The position numbers and the translations under genes were made by a program. This document shows, one piece after another, positions 43,945 to 53,065 of a DNA stretch of 64,000 bases (position 1 is its first letter; every line of letters starts with the position of its first letter). The stretch covers positions 7,158 through 71,157 of the forward strand of contig JAYUQS010000131.1 of assembly GCA_043756645.1 (NCBI GenBank), given 5' to 3'. The DNA is from Hyphomicrobiales bacterium. GTDB lineage: Bacteria > Pseudomonadota > Alphaproteobacteria > Rhizobiales > Aestuariivirgaceae. The notes under the pieces were generated by a model that was not told the origin of the DNA, ran no database searches, and saw only the letters and a program-made list of their open reading frames with translations.

Positions 43945-45806
43945 TGCCTCACATATTTTATTTCGCTTGGGTTACCTCTGCCGCTGTGGCTTTCAACCCT
44001 CTCAGCCATGCGGTTGAAGATGAAGATGTGTTTGAACTCAGCATCGAACAACTGGAGGGCGAAAGTGCTGCGGCCACGGTCACTCTGCGCAATCCGTCCG
44101 TGGGTCTGCTGTCGCCGGGACGCAAGCAATGGGCGTGGATATCCTGCAACATCGGGGCGGGCGTGGTGCCGTTGTTTCTGGGCCGATTGGTGGCACTGCC
44201 GCAAGATTTTGGCGGGCTTGAGGTGACACTGGAATTTCTAGCTGAACCTGAGGACATTGGCGCTGCAAAAGCAGCACTTGCCGCAACCTTGCGCACGCTT
44301 CCTTATTATGATCCGGTGTGGTTGACTGAAGAGGCCCGCGCCGACGCTGATGCCGTGCTGGAAGCGCGCGCGGCGGATTGGCATGTCAACCCCGTCACCC
44401 ATGTGGTCAGCATCAGCGATTGCATGACCGGTGAAGATGGCACATTAAGTTTCACCGCTGCCGATATTCTGGGGCCTGACATTGGCGTCAACGTGATTGA
44501 AACGCCGTTGCGCTCGGTTACCGTGCAGGCTGAGGCCCGCTGGGTGCAACGCGCCACGGGTGAGATTGATATTTCAAAACCCTTGTGCGATGCGTTCACG
44601 GCGGCGGGAACGCCGCACCCGCATGTGATTTCATCCTTCACCGGCGATGGTTTGTTTTTGGATTGGCCGGAAGAGGATGATGACATTGGCGCGGGCTGGC
44701 GCTTTGGCTGGCCGGATATTACGGAAGCTGATGGCGCGGCTTTTCCGGCGACGCGCATGGCCGTTGTGCTGGATCACATCACGGCTCCACCTGCCAGTGC
44801 CGAACCAAAGTCGGCGGCTGGCATTCCATCGGTGAGTGTGAACACGGGGGGTGGTTATTATCTCAGCATTCCGGGTGGTGGTGCCAATGGTGCGGCGGCT
44901 CCGGTGACGCTGTGGCTGCGGCACTATGCGTTTTGGCCGCGCTTGAAAACCCGTTACGACGCCAACCGCACTTACACTGAAACATTGGAATTCACGTTGA
45001 CGGCGGGGGCGCAAGCCCTGCATGTGGAGCCGGGGGCGGAAACCACTGAAACCATCACCCTTGCCACCACAGCGCTGACCGATGCGATTGATACTGGCGG
45101 TGCTTTGCCATTGGGGGACCTGCGCCGCAACAGTTGGTTTAACACCACACGCGGGCTTTCGTCGCTGCGGTTTTTAATCGCCCGGGCTGCGGCCCGATTG
45201 GTGCGGCGGGCCCGCGCGGTTGAAGTGTCGGTGACGGTGCCTTTGGCTTTGGGCGTTGCCGCAACGACCCGGAAATCCATGACGGTTGCTGCGCCGCAAT
45301 TGCCGGGTGGTACAGCCACCGGCAAAATCACCGGCACGCGCATCAGCGTTGCGGGTGGTGTGGCCACGGTTGATATTTCCATGGCTTGCATGGTGGGGGC
45401 TGGTGGCACGGTTGTCTCCGCGATCGGTGACCCGGTTTATGTGGCGGCGGGTTATGTGCAGCAGGGTTATCAACTTTATGAAGGCTCCGCCACCATGGCT
45501 TTGGCCGGATTGGTGACGCATGGCGCTGTCGTTCCAAATGCTGCGGATGACGGCTTGGATTTTTTCAACCCCACAGCTGCGATGATGGTGCAAAATATCA
45601 CCGTGCTCAACGGCCCTGCGGTGCAAAAGGCCGCAATGTCACAACGCTTCGTCGATGCCACCACCGCCGTTGATGCTTTGACGGCGGTCAAGACGGAAAT
45701 TCAACTGACCATGCGCCCGGTGTCCGGGCAAAGCTTTGAAGCGCATTATCCAGTTGTGGTTTCAGAACTGGCCCTGCCGCGCGGCATTGATATGGAGGCG
45801 GTGTGA
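43944..45806 (+). CDS. Tail tip/hub protein
   Basis: 620-aa ORF in the tail-tip position; start placed at MPHIFY. Confidence 0.65.
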   Translation: MPHIFYFAWVTSAAVAFNPLSHAVEDEDVFELSIEQLEGESAAATVTLRNPSVGLLSPGRKQWAWISCNIGAGVVPLFLGRLVALPQDFGGLEVTLEFLAEPEDIGAAKAALAATLRTLPYYDPVWLTEEARADADAVLEARAADWHVNPVTHVVSISDCMTGEDGTLSFTAADILGPDIGVNVIETPLRSVTVQAEARWVQRATGEIDISKPLCDAFTAAGTPHPHVISSFTGDGLFLDWPEEDDDIGAGWRFGWPDITEADGAAFPATRMAVVLDHITAPPASAEPKSAAGIPSVSVNTGGGYYLSIPGGGANGAAAPVTLWLRHYAFWPRLKTRYDANRTYTETLEFTLTAGAQALHVEPGAETTETITLATTALTDAIDTGGALPLGDLRRNSWFNTTRGLSSLRFLIARAAARLVRRARAVEVSVTVPLALGVAATTRKSMTVAAPQLPGGTATGKITGTRISVAGGVATVDISMACMVGAGGTVVSAIGDPVYVAAGYVQQGYQLYEGSATMALAGLVTHGAVVPNAADDGLDFFNPTAAMMVQNITVLNGPAVQKAAMSQRFVDATTAVDALTAVKTEIQLTMRPVSGQSFEAHYPVVVSELALPRGIDMEAV

Positions 45807-46273
45807 GCATGGCAAGATTTAAACCTCCTACCGGCCCCGGCATTTACAGCCCTGCCACACCCGACACCATTGAAGCGGTGCGCCCGCGCTTGGTGTTGGA
45901 CCGCACACCGAAAGTGCCCGAAGTCGTTCCACCCCCCGCCTTTGCGCAATGGGGTGGTCCGCCGAAAATTGAAATCGTTACTCACAAAGGCCGCGCCGCT
46001 AGAAAGGGCGGCAGCATCCAGGTGAACAGCGGCAATGACCCTGGAGATGAAGAGGAAGAGCCTCCACCGGATGACCCGCAGCAGCCGCAACCCGGCGTGT
46101 TGGTATTTGAAGAAGCGGCGCGTGGCACCACCGAGGTGACAGTCAAAAGCGCTGACGGCAAATGCTCGGTCACGTTTCCGCACATCGATGCCGTGATCTT
46201 CCGTGCCCCGGCCGAACTCGCCCCACTGGTGCCGCTGGGGTCGATGTTCGTATTCAAGTTCAAGGCGTCCTGA
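45803..46273 (+). CDS. Hypothetical tail-region protein
   Basis: Overlaps the previous stop; Pro/acidic linker. Confidence 0.6.
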   Translation: MSMARFKPPTGPGIYSPATPDTIEAVRPRLVLDRTPKVPEVVPPPAFAQWGGPPKIEIVTHKGRAARKGGSIQVNSGNDPGDEEEEPPPDDPQQPQPGVLVFEEAARGTTEVTVKSADGKCSVTFPHIDAVIFRAPAELAPLVPLGSMFVFKFKAS

Positions 46274-46275
46274 CC

Positions 46276-46947
46276 ATGAATATCATCGGGCCGTTTGCGG
46301 CGATCACGGCCATTACCTGTGACGATCAAGATGAACCATTAAACGGTGACACTGCTGCTTTCGCCATTATCTCGGCGCGGCGAAGTTCGCTTTATGCCTC
46401 TTCCTCGACGCCTTGGAATTTCTGGGCGCGTCTGGACAGCCACGGTATTGACCGGTGGCATCCGTCTCAACCCTCATATTTTGTGGGCACGGGGGCTGGC
46501 CAAGACGGGCTATCGATTCCAGCACCGGGTGGCGGCTTTTGGAGTTTGGCAGGATCAGGCGCTTATCGTGTGGACCCGACAGTCGAGCCGAAGCTGACCG
46601 TGTTGCCGCTGAAAATACCAACCGAGTTCAATTTCAATCTCTGGCATGTAGGCTACCAATTGACTGCGCATCCAGCGACGGAAACCACGGTCATCGTCAA
46701 CTGCGCTCATATCCGCGATACCCTTGTGAAGGCAACAAATGCTGTGGGCATGCAGGTGTTTATGGCGGGGTTGACCGGTGGCTTTGTCTTGGAAACGCGA
46801 CTGTTTGTGATGGAGGGTGGGGTGACGCCGATCTTCAGTTTTGAAAACGAACATGGCCGTGTGACCTTGAACGGCACCATGGGTGAACCGCGACCGCCGC
46901 TGGAATTCCCCCCGCAATTGGCCACCGCCCTCACCACCGGCATTTAA
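46276..46947 (+). CDS. Hypothetical tail-region protein
   Basis: ATG three nt after the previous stop; 223 aa. Confidence 0.6.
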   Translation: MNIIGPFAAITAITCDDQDEPLNGDTAAFAIISARRSSLYASSSTPWNFWARLDSHGIDRWHPSQPSYFVGTGAGQDGLSIPAPGGGFWSLAGSGAYRVDPTVEPKLTVLPLKIPTEFNFNLWHVGYQLTAHPATETTVIVNCAHIRDTLVKATNAVGMQVFMAGLTGGFVLETRLFVMEGGVTPIFSFENEHGRVTLNGTMGEPRPPLEFPPQLATALTTGI

Positions 46948-46976
46948 TCCGAATTCAAACCTAAGGAATCAACGAC

Positions 46977-47696
46977 ATGCTTTTTCGCACCACCGGCCCT
47001 TGGGGTCCAGGCTCCGGCGCTGATGTCAGTGCTGCTCAGGTTGATGCGAATTTTTATGAGTTGCAGCAGGCCATTGCCGCACTCGCCTTGGGCAGTGCGC
47101 AGCCGAATTCGATTTCCAACATCACCTCCCCCACCGGCACTTCGCTGGTCATCACCATGTCGGGTGGTGGTAGTTTCACATTCCCCATGCCGGTTGCGGC
47201 GTTTCGCTGGCGCGGCGCTTACGCACAAACCGCCTATGTCCGCAATGACCTGATCGCGGTGGCGGGCGAGGGGGTGTATCTGGTTGTCAAAGACCACTCC
47301 ACCGCCTTGATCCCGACGTTTAATCCCGCCCTTCTGGTGACGGGCCAGCCCGCTTATCAATTGCTCTGGGCCATCAATGTGCCAGCCCCGATCCGCAGTA
47401 TCACCACCGCCAGCTTCACGCCGCTGGTGGATGATGCCAATGCCTATTTCCGCATCACCCGCGCCGGTGCAACCACCATCATTCTGCCAGACACCTTGCC
47501 CAATGGCACGGAATTGCACTTCAACCTGAAAGCCATCGGCACCGTCACCTATCAGGTCAGCGCGGGCTTTCTGGTGCTTGATCAAACCACAGGCTTCGCC
47601 AACCAGCAGACCCGGCGCGGCGGCGTGGTGACGGCCAAATATATCGAAGATCTGGCGGTGTGGGACTTGTTCGGCGATCTGGCTCCGGTGGTGTGA
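46977..47696 (+). CDS. Tail fibre-associated protein
   Basis: LFRTTGPWG.G.GAD...VDANFYEL and FRWRGAY motifs of alphaproteobacterial phage fibres. Confidence 0.65.
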   Translation: MLFRTTGPWGPGSGADVSAAQVDANFYELQQAIAALALGSAQPNSISNITSPTGTSLVITMSGGGSFTFPMPVAAFRWRGAYAQTAYVRNDLIAVAGEGVYLVVKDHSTALIPTFNPALLVTGQPAYQLLWAINVPAPIRSITTASFTPLVDDANAYFRITRAGATTIILPDTLPNGTELHFNLKAIGTVTYQVSAGFLVLDQTTGFANQQTRRGGVVTAKYIEDLAVWDLFGDLAPVV

Positions 47697-47708
47697 GGAT
47701 AACACAAC

Positions 47709-50126
47709 ATGATTCCTGGAGCCGTTGACACGCCACACCCCGGTGATGGCGTGTATAATTTCGCCGCCTTCCCGACAATCGAGATTGATTTTGTGCTGGG
47801 CCTCGCACTTGTGAACGGCGTGTCCACACCGCTTGACCAGTTGATTGGTGGTCCGGTGTTTTCGCCCTCCCACTTCGGCCCGCGCGGGCTTGAAATGGGG
47901 GCGGGTTACACACCCGATTCATTCCCGCAAGCCATCGGCGTTTTGTTCAAAGCCTTGCGTGACGGCTTGGTGGCGGGGTGCACCATCACCATCGAGTGGG
48001 CGTCAACGCTGGATGCGGGGTCTGGCTTCAACCACATTTTGTTTATTGCGCGCACCGGCCCGGCCAATCCGTTGCCGAATTATGACGGCTTCGAGTTGCG
48101 CGCCGCCATGGGGGATAGTTTTCTGCACCTTTCCAGCGGCGACATCCCTTATTTACGTGGAGTGCCAGTTTGGTATTTGGAGGGCGCGGCCAACAATGGC
48201 ATGCCGCAAAAAGCCGTGGTGCAGATGTCACGGGAAAATTTTGTTACGGGTCAATATCTGTTCGGCTTGGCCGCCAATGGTGGAGGCTTCGGCCAGGTCT
48301 CGCACCCCACGCCGCAACTGCCGCAACTGCTGTATGAATTCGCTTTCAGCGGCGAACCGCAATATGCCGAAGCTGGCTATTATAACAATTCGACGGCGGT
48401 GGTACGGAAATTCAAAGTGCAGCCCGCCTTGGCCAATCAAAACCTCACGGGGCTCTCAGCCTTTACAGATCCCAATTGGCCTTATGTACGTGCCTTGTTG
48501 AAAGCCGGGGCAGTTGATGAAAGCCCGCAAGTTCGTGGCCCGGCGACCTTCAGCGGCACGGCAGCTGTTGCGGTGGTGGCGGGGGCTTATGGCGGCAAGG
48601 CTTATGTGTTTGACGGCAGCGGCGCGCACATCAGCTTGCCTGCTGATGTGCAGTGGAATCACGACGCGTCATCGCGCTGGAGCATCGAAGCGCGGGTGCG
48701 CTGGACGGCCAACGCCGGGGCGCGACATTTGTTTGGCAAGGCCAATGTTTTAAGCGTGGCGCAAGGTGCTGCTTCGACATTGGAACTCCGCCTCAATAAT
48801 GCGGTGAAGATTTCCGCCGTCTACACCCCTGTGCTGAATACATGGGTGTGGATTGCTGCGGATTGGGACGGCACCACCTACCGGCTTTATGTCAATGGCG
48901 TTGTGGTGGGGTCGGCCACCGGCGTGGCTGATATATTTTTAGGCAGCCATGATCCGGTCACCGTGGGGGCAAAGCCCGATGGCAGCAATGCGTTGAATGG
49001 TGCCGTGCAAGAGTTTCGATACACGCATTGGCGGGCCCGTTATGCGGGGGCTTATGCCGTGCCAGTGGCGGGTTTTCCACGTGAACGTTTTGCCTCAATG
49101 GAAAGCTATGACCCCGGCAATATTCCGTCAGGCGTAATTGCCGCCGCTCTGGCTCCCCTGGCTGTCGCTGCGGTGGGTGTTCATGGTGTTGCGGGTGGTG
49201 CCGCCGCGACAATGGCAGCACTTCAGGTTGAGGCAACGGGTCAGTTCGGTGCAGGTGACATCAGCGCGGTTCTGGCACCGCTTCTGTCCAACATCACAGG
49301 CAATCATGGCGTTCAGGCTGCGGCAGCGGCGGTATTGGCCCCGCTCAACGCCACACTCATCGGCAGCCATGGTGTTGCGGGAGGTGCGGTGGCCACGCTG
49401 GCTCCGCTGCTGGCCAATGTGGCAGGCACGTTTGGTGTTGCGGGCGACCCCAACTTCGCATCGACCGTGTTGCTGCTGGGCTTTGAGGGCGCAAATGGGG
49501 CCACCAGTGGTGCGGCATTCACCGATGAAAGCTTTGCCAACCGTGGTGCGGCCACGTTGGTGGCGAACCAAGCGCAGATCAGCACGGCGCAAGCGGCCTT
49601 TGGCACCTCGTGCCTGCTGCTGGATGGTACCGGCGATTACATCACCTTCGCTGACAGCCCTGACTGGCACTTCGGCAGTGGCAACTTCACTGTCGAGGTG
49701 AATGCGCGGTGGGCCGCAAATCCGTCAGCGTTCAAGGCATTGATAGGGCAGTGGGGGGCGTCCAAGAGTTGGATCATTGAAGCGCAGGCAAACAATTTAC
49801 TAAACCTGTATTTATCTTCGACGGGTTCGAATACGATCCTTAAAATCTCAGCACCCTTCACACCAACGTTGGGTCAAGCCTATGCGGTCGCGGCGGACTG
49901 GGATGGCACAACCTACCGGCTTTACGTCAATGGCGTGATGATCGGGTCTGCCACCGGGGCAGTGACGCTGCATGATTCAACCTCAGTCCTGTCGATTGGA
50001 GCGGAGGGCAGCGGCAGTTTCAACTTCAATGGTCGCGTCGATGAAACGCGCGTCACCAAGGGCGCGGCACGTTACGCCAGCAACGCCGGTTACACCCCCG
50101 CCACCACTGCCTTCCCGCGCAGCTGA
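47709..50126 (+). CDS. Receptor-binding/tail fibre protein with two LamG-like domains
   Basis: Two ADWDGTTYRLYVNG..GSATG...IG...G.V.E.R units separated by Ala/Gly repeats. Confidence 0.8.
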   Translation: MIPGAVDTPHPGDGVYNFAAFPTIEIDFVLGLALVNGVSTPLDQLIGGPVFSPSHFGPRGLEMGAGYTPDSFPQAIGVLFKALRDGLVAGCTITIEWASTLDAGSGFNHILFIARTGPANPLPNYDGFELRAAMGDSFLHLSSGDIPYLRGVPVWYLEGAANNGMPQKAVVQMSRENFVTGQYLFGLAANGGGFGQVSHPTPQLPQLLYEFAFSGEPQYAEAGYYNNSTAVVRKFKVQPALANQNLTGLSAFTDPNWPYVRALLKAGAVDESPQVRGPATFSGTAAVAVVAGAYGGKAYVFDGSGAHISLPADVQWNHDASSRWSIEARVRWTANAGARHLFGKANVLSVAQGAASTLELRLNNAVKISAVYTPVLNTWVWIAADWDGTTYRLYVNGVVVGSATGVADIFLGSHDPVTVGAKPDGSNALNGAVQEFRYTHWRARYAGAYAVPVAGFPRERFASMESYDPGNIPSGVIAAALAPLAVAAVGVHGVAGGAAATMAALQVEATGQFGAGDISAVLAPLLSNITGNHGVQAAAAAVLAPLNATLIGSHGVAGGAVATLAPLLANVAGTFGVAGDPNFASTVLLLGFEGANGATSGAAFTDESFANRGAATLVANQAQISTAQAAFGTSCLLLDGTGDYITFADSPDWHFGSGNFTVEVNARWAANPSAFKALIGQWGASKSWIIEAQANNLLNLYLSSTGSNTILKISAPFTPTLGQAYAVAADWDGTTYRLYVNGVMIGSATGAVTLHDSTSVLSIGAEGSGSFNFNGRVDETRVTKGAARYASNAGYTPATTAFPRS

Positions 50127-50159
50127 CGGGCGTTTAAACTTTCACAACAGGAGACGGCG

Positions 50160-50420
50160 ATGGATTATGGCTTGATGGTGCAGCTGGGCGGCATTTCCGT
50201 CGCGGTTGTGGGGGCGGTTTACGTGGCCAAATGGCGCGTCGATCAAGCTGAAAAACGCCTCGACGGGCTTGAGGATAAATTCCAGAAACACGAAATCATG
50301 GTGGCGCGCGAATATGTCAGCGCCCACGCCTTCGCCAAGTTCGAACACGAAATCAAGGGCGGCATTGATCGTTTGACCGACCGCCTCGACAAAGTGTTAG
50401 CCACGCGCGGTTCGCGTTAA
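50160..50420 (+). CDS. Holin-like or XhlA-like membrane protein
   Basis: N-terminal TM plus coiled coil at the start of the lysis cassette. Confidence 0.55.
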   Translation: MDYGLMVQLGGISVAVVGAVYVAKWRVDQAEKRLDGLEDKFQKHEIMVAREYVSAHAFAKFEHEIKGGIDRLTDRLDKVLATRGSR

Positions 50421-50434
50421 AACAGGAGAGTAAC

Positions 50435-50770
50435 ATGCTTCGATGTGCAACCGCCGCTCTGGCGGTTTTTTTTATGGCGGGAGCTGCTGTGGCGGAAGAT
50501 GTGCCAAAGGGCTTGGGCCATCCGGACGGCATTCCGGCCCCGCATTGGTACGATGCCGCATGCTGCAACAAACGCGACTGTGAACCCCTGCCGTTCAACG
50601 CGGTTGTCATGGTGCCGGAGGGCTACCGTATCAGGTATCGCGGGTCCCTTGGTTTTCTGGTGGACGTGCTGGTGCCGTGGAACCAGACGCGCCCCAGCCA
50701 GGACGGACAGCACCATGGCTGCGCATCGAAAGTGCGGTTCTTCTGTTTCTACGCCGCGACGGGAGCGTGA
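50435..50770 (+). CDS. Secreted Cys-rich small protein
   Basis: Signal peptide; HWYDAACCNKRDC...SQDGQHHGC...FCF. Confidence 0.65.
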   Translation: MLRCATAALAVFFMAGAAVAEDVPKGLGHPDGIPAPHWYDAACCNKRDCEPLPFNAVVMVPEGYRIRYRGSLGFLVDVLVPWNQTRPSQDGQHHGCASKVRFFCFYAATGA

Positions 50771-50775
50771 GAGCC

Positions 50776-50919
50776 ATGATGAAAATCAAACCCTTGAGCC
50801 TGATCAACATCCTGATCGTGGCGGCCATTCTCGCGCTGTTCTGGCACGTCCGTGACAGGCCGGACCCGCGTCACATCACACCCGTTCAAGTTCTCATGAA
50901 GGAGGAACAAAATGTCTGA
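50776..50919 (+). CDS. Single-TM small protein (holin/antiholin candidate)
   Basis: MMKIKPLSLINILIVAAILALFWH...; overlaps the endolysin start. Confidence 0.5.
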   Translation: MMKIKPLSLINILIVAAILALFWHVRDRPDPRHITPVQVLMKEEQNV

Positions 50920-51679
50920 CAAAACATCGAAGCAGGGCATTGACCTGATCACCCGCTTTGAAGGCTTGGAACTTGTCGCCTATGCGGACCCCGGCACCAA
51001 CGGGGAACCGTGGACCATTGGCGTCGGCCACACATCAGCGGCGGGTTTGCCCGTGGTGAAAAAGGGCATGCGCATCACCCGCGCCGAAGCCTTGCAAATT
51101 CTGGCGCGGGATTTGGGCGTGTTTGAACGTGGCGTTGCTGCTGCCGTCAAGGTTGATCTGGATGCCGCGCAATTCTCGGCACTTGTGTCCTTTGCCTTCA
51201 ATGTCGGATTGGGCAATTTAAAAAAGTCTGGCGTGCTGAAAGCCGTCAATGCCGAACGGTTCGATGATGTGCCACGTCGTCTCAACGCATGGAACAAGGC
51301 GGCGGGCCGGGTGTTGCCGGGTCTGGTCAAGCGCCGGGCTGCAGAAGGCCGGATGTTCGCCGGATCATCTGTGGTGTCGTTGTTCGGGGAACAGGGACCA
51401 TCGACGGCCGAGATCATGGAAATGCGCCACGCCTGCGCAGAAACAGGGGTACAGTGCGATTCCGACGAGCGCATGGCGCAAACCCCTCTGCTGAAGCATC
51501 GCCGCGTGTGGGCCACGGCAACGGGCTGGCTGGGCGGTTCAGGAGCGGGCATTCTCGGCATGCTTTCGGTCTGGGACTGGATGGCCATTCTGGTCATCGC
51601 CGCTTTTGTGTCGTTCTGGCTGGCGGTGTTCATGTTCCTCTACCGTGATGAAATCAGGGCGGGGGCGTTCCGGCCATGA
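50912..51679 (+). CDS. Endolysin (GH24 lysozyme) with C-terminal membrane segment
   Basis: FEG...AYADP...WTIGVGHT, FSALVSFAFNVG, GLVKRRAAE. Confidence 0.93.
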   Translation: MSDKTSKQGIDLITRFEGLELVAYADPGTNGEPWTIGVGHTSAAGLPVVKKGMRITRAEALQILARDLGVFERGVAAAVKVDLDAAQFSALVSFAFNVGLGNLKKSGVLKAVNAERFDDVPRRLNAWNKAAGRVLPGLVKRRAAEGRMFAGSSVVSLFGEQGPSTAEIMEMRHACAETGVQCDSDERMAQTPLLKHRRVWATATGWLGGSGAGILGMLSVWDWMAILVIAAFVSFWLAVFMFLYRDEIRAGAFRP

Positions 51680-52149
51680 TCACCGTCATCATCGGCATTC
51701 TGAAATTCCTTGGTGTTGCAGAGAAGTATAAAACCCTCGTCGCCTATGGCCTGCTGTTTGCCGCCATTGCCGCCGGACTCGGTTACGTGCGCCACACCGG
51801 CGTCATCGCAGAACGCAACCGGCAGGAAGCCATCATTGCCGCAAGCGAAGTTGAGGCCATGCGCGTCAAGCTCGACACCGAACGCCGTAACGCCGCCATC
51901 AAAACCGCTGCACTGGAAGCCGCAAGTGTCTCATCCGAACTCCGCGCCGCCGATGTACTTCGCTGGCAACAGGTGGCCGATGATCTCAACGCGCAACTCG
52001 CAGCCATGAAAATCGAAGAGGATAAACCTGATGTTCAAAATCCCAACATCATCATCCGCACGCGCAATGTGTGCGTTGTGCCTGATGGTTATCGTGAGCG
52101 GCTGCTCAGCATTTCTCCCCGCAAGCGTGGTGGTGCAAAGCCCCGCTGA
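51676..52149 (+). CDS. i-spanin (Rz-like)
   Basis: N-terminal TM, coiled coil, C-terminal CVVP; follows the endolysin. Confidence 0.75.
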   Translation: MITVIIGILKFLGVAEKYKTLVAYGLLFAAIAAGLGYVRHTGVIAERNRQEAIIAASEVEAMRVKLDTERRNAAIKTAALEAASVSSELRAADVLRWQQVADDLNAQLAAMKIEEDKPDVQNPNIIIRTRNVCVVPDGYRERLLSISPRKRGGAKPR

Positions 52150-52318
52150 TCTGTTGTCGCCATTGCCGTCTGAATTGGCGCGGCCATGCGTTGATCCTGG
52201 TCTGTCAAAACCGCTTGATCCACCGCGCGATCTGACACGTCATCGTGCAGCCTGGGCCGCATGCGAAGACACCCGCGCTGATCTGGCTGAGTTTTACCAA
52301 CAGCTGCGCGGCAAGTAA
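52031..52318 (+). CDS. o-spanin lipoprotein (Rz1-like)
   Basis: Overlaps Rz in another frame; lipobox VSGC; Pro-rich. Confidence 0.75.
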   Translation: MFKIPTSSSARAMCALCLMVIVSGCSAFLPASVVVQSPADLLSPLPSELARPCVDPGLSKPLDPPRDLTRHRAAWAACEDTRADLAEFYQQLRGK

Positions 52319-52456
52319 TTCCGGCCACGCCGGAACGCGGTCAGCCCTGTGCCGCAGCTCATGGGGCAAGTGGTGCTTTAAGTGGAATTTCTGTCGCATG
52401 AATATTGAGTGAAGACCAGAGTCCGTGGACTCGATACGCATACCCTGTTTTGACTT

Positions 52457-52494
52457 GGCCCCCCATCCTTCACCGGATGGCGGGGCCTTTTTTT
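52457..52494 (+). terminator. Rho-independent terminator ending the late/lysis operon
   Basis: GGCCCC-CCATCC-TTCACC-GGATGG-CGGGGCC followed by T7. Confidence 0.85.
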
Positions 52495-52544
52495 GTCGGT
52501 CGGGTTTGTCGCAAATCGGACCTGTTTTGTGATTGAAATAAGTG

Positions 52545-52573
52545 TTGACACCTGCATCATGATGATGCATCTT
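52545..52573 (+). promoter_or_regulatory. Promoter of the candidate acr-aca operon with palindromic operator
   Basis: TTGACA (52545-52550), 17 bp spacer, CATCTT (52568-52573); perfect inverted repeat TGCATCAT-G-ATGATGCA at 52553-52569. Confidence 0.8.
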
Positions 52574-52625
52574 AAATCCACGAACAGCAGCAATCGTGCA
52601 GCGGTTCCCTCCGATGGAGACAAAA

Positions 52626-52823
52626 ATGACTTACGCCACAGAAAAACAAATCTGGTTTATCAAGAAGCTGGCTGTTGAAATCGGCTTTTCTGGCAAGATT
52701 GAAGCGCTTGACGCTTACGGTTTCGTGCCCGGCCAACATATGTCGATTTCAGACGCTTCACTGGTGATCGACTGGTTGAAGTCGGGTGAAGCCGCCCGCT
52801 TTCTCGTCGCTCAAGCCGCTTAA
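52626..52823 (+). CDS. Candidate anti-CRISPR protein 1 (65 aa)
   Basis: GGAGA RBS; first gene upstream of the aca2-like gene; no recognised family. Confidence 0.6.
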   Translation: MTYATEKQIWFIKKLAVEIGFSGKIEALDAYGFVPGQHMSISDASLVIDWLKSGEAARFLVAQAA

Positions 52824-52834
52824 GGATTTTGAAA

Positions 52835-53065
52835 ATGAACATCGAACTCATCACTTATAACGACTGTCGTGAGCCTCAGGCCCACATCGCCCGAACCTGC
52901 AACTGCACCACAGATGGTTTTGTTCCGAACTTCACTTTTGAAGCTGAAAAAATGGGAGTTGAAGCCGTTACAGTTTTTAAATCCAAGCGGCGTATGAAAC
53001 GTTTTTTGGCGGGAAGGGGTTATAAAACCTTCCGTGAAATCAGCCATACTGTATATTCGGTATGA
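52835..53065 (+). CDS. Candidate anti-CRISPR protein 2 (76 aa)
   Basis: TAAGGA RBS; AT-rich; stop overlaps the aca-like start (ATGA). Confidence 0.6.
   Translation: MNIELITYNDCREPQAHIARTCNCTTDGFVPNFTFEAEKMGVEAVTVFKSKRRMKRFLAGRGYKTFREISHTVYSV

Noticed and set aside
31099-47873. Long antisense ORFs in the structural region (e.g. 31099-32172, 34592-35458, 40825-41862, 42754-43614, 46944-47873)
   Set aside because: Shadow frames of GC-rich, Ala/Gly-rich coding genes, with no RBS or recognisable motifs.
47709-50126. Diversity-generating retroelement (TR/VR pair) in the tail fibre
   Set aside because: There is no reverse transcriptase in the window, both copies are coding, and the differences are not adenine-specific.
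52626-53065. Assignment to known AcrIIC or AcrIF families
   Set aside because: No resemblance to the Acr sequences I recall, so they are left as unnamed candidates pending a search.
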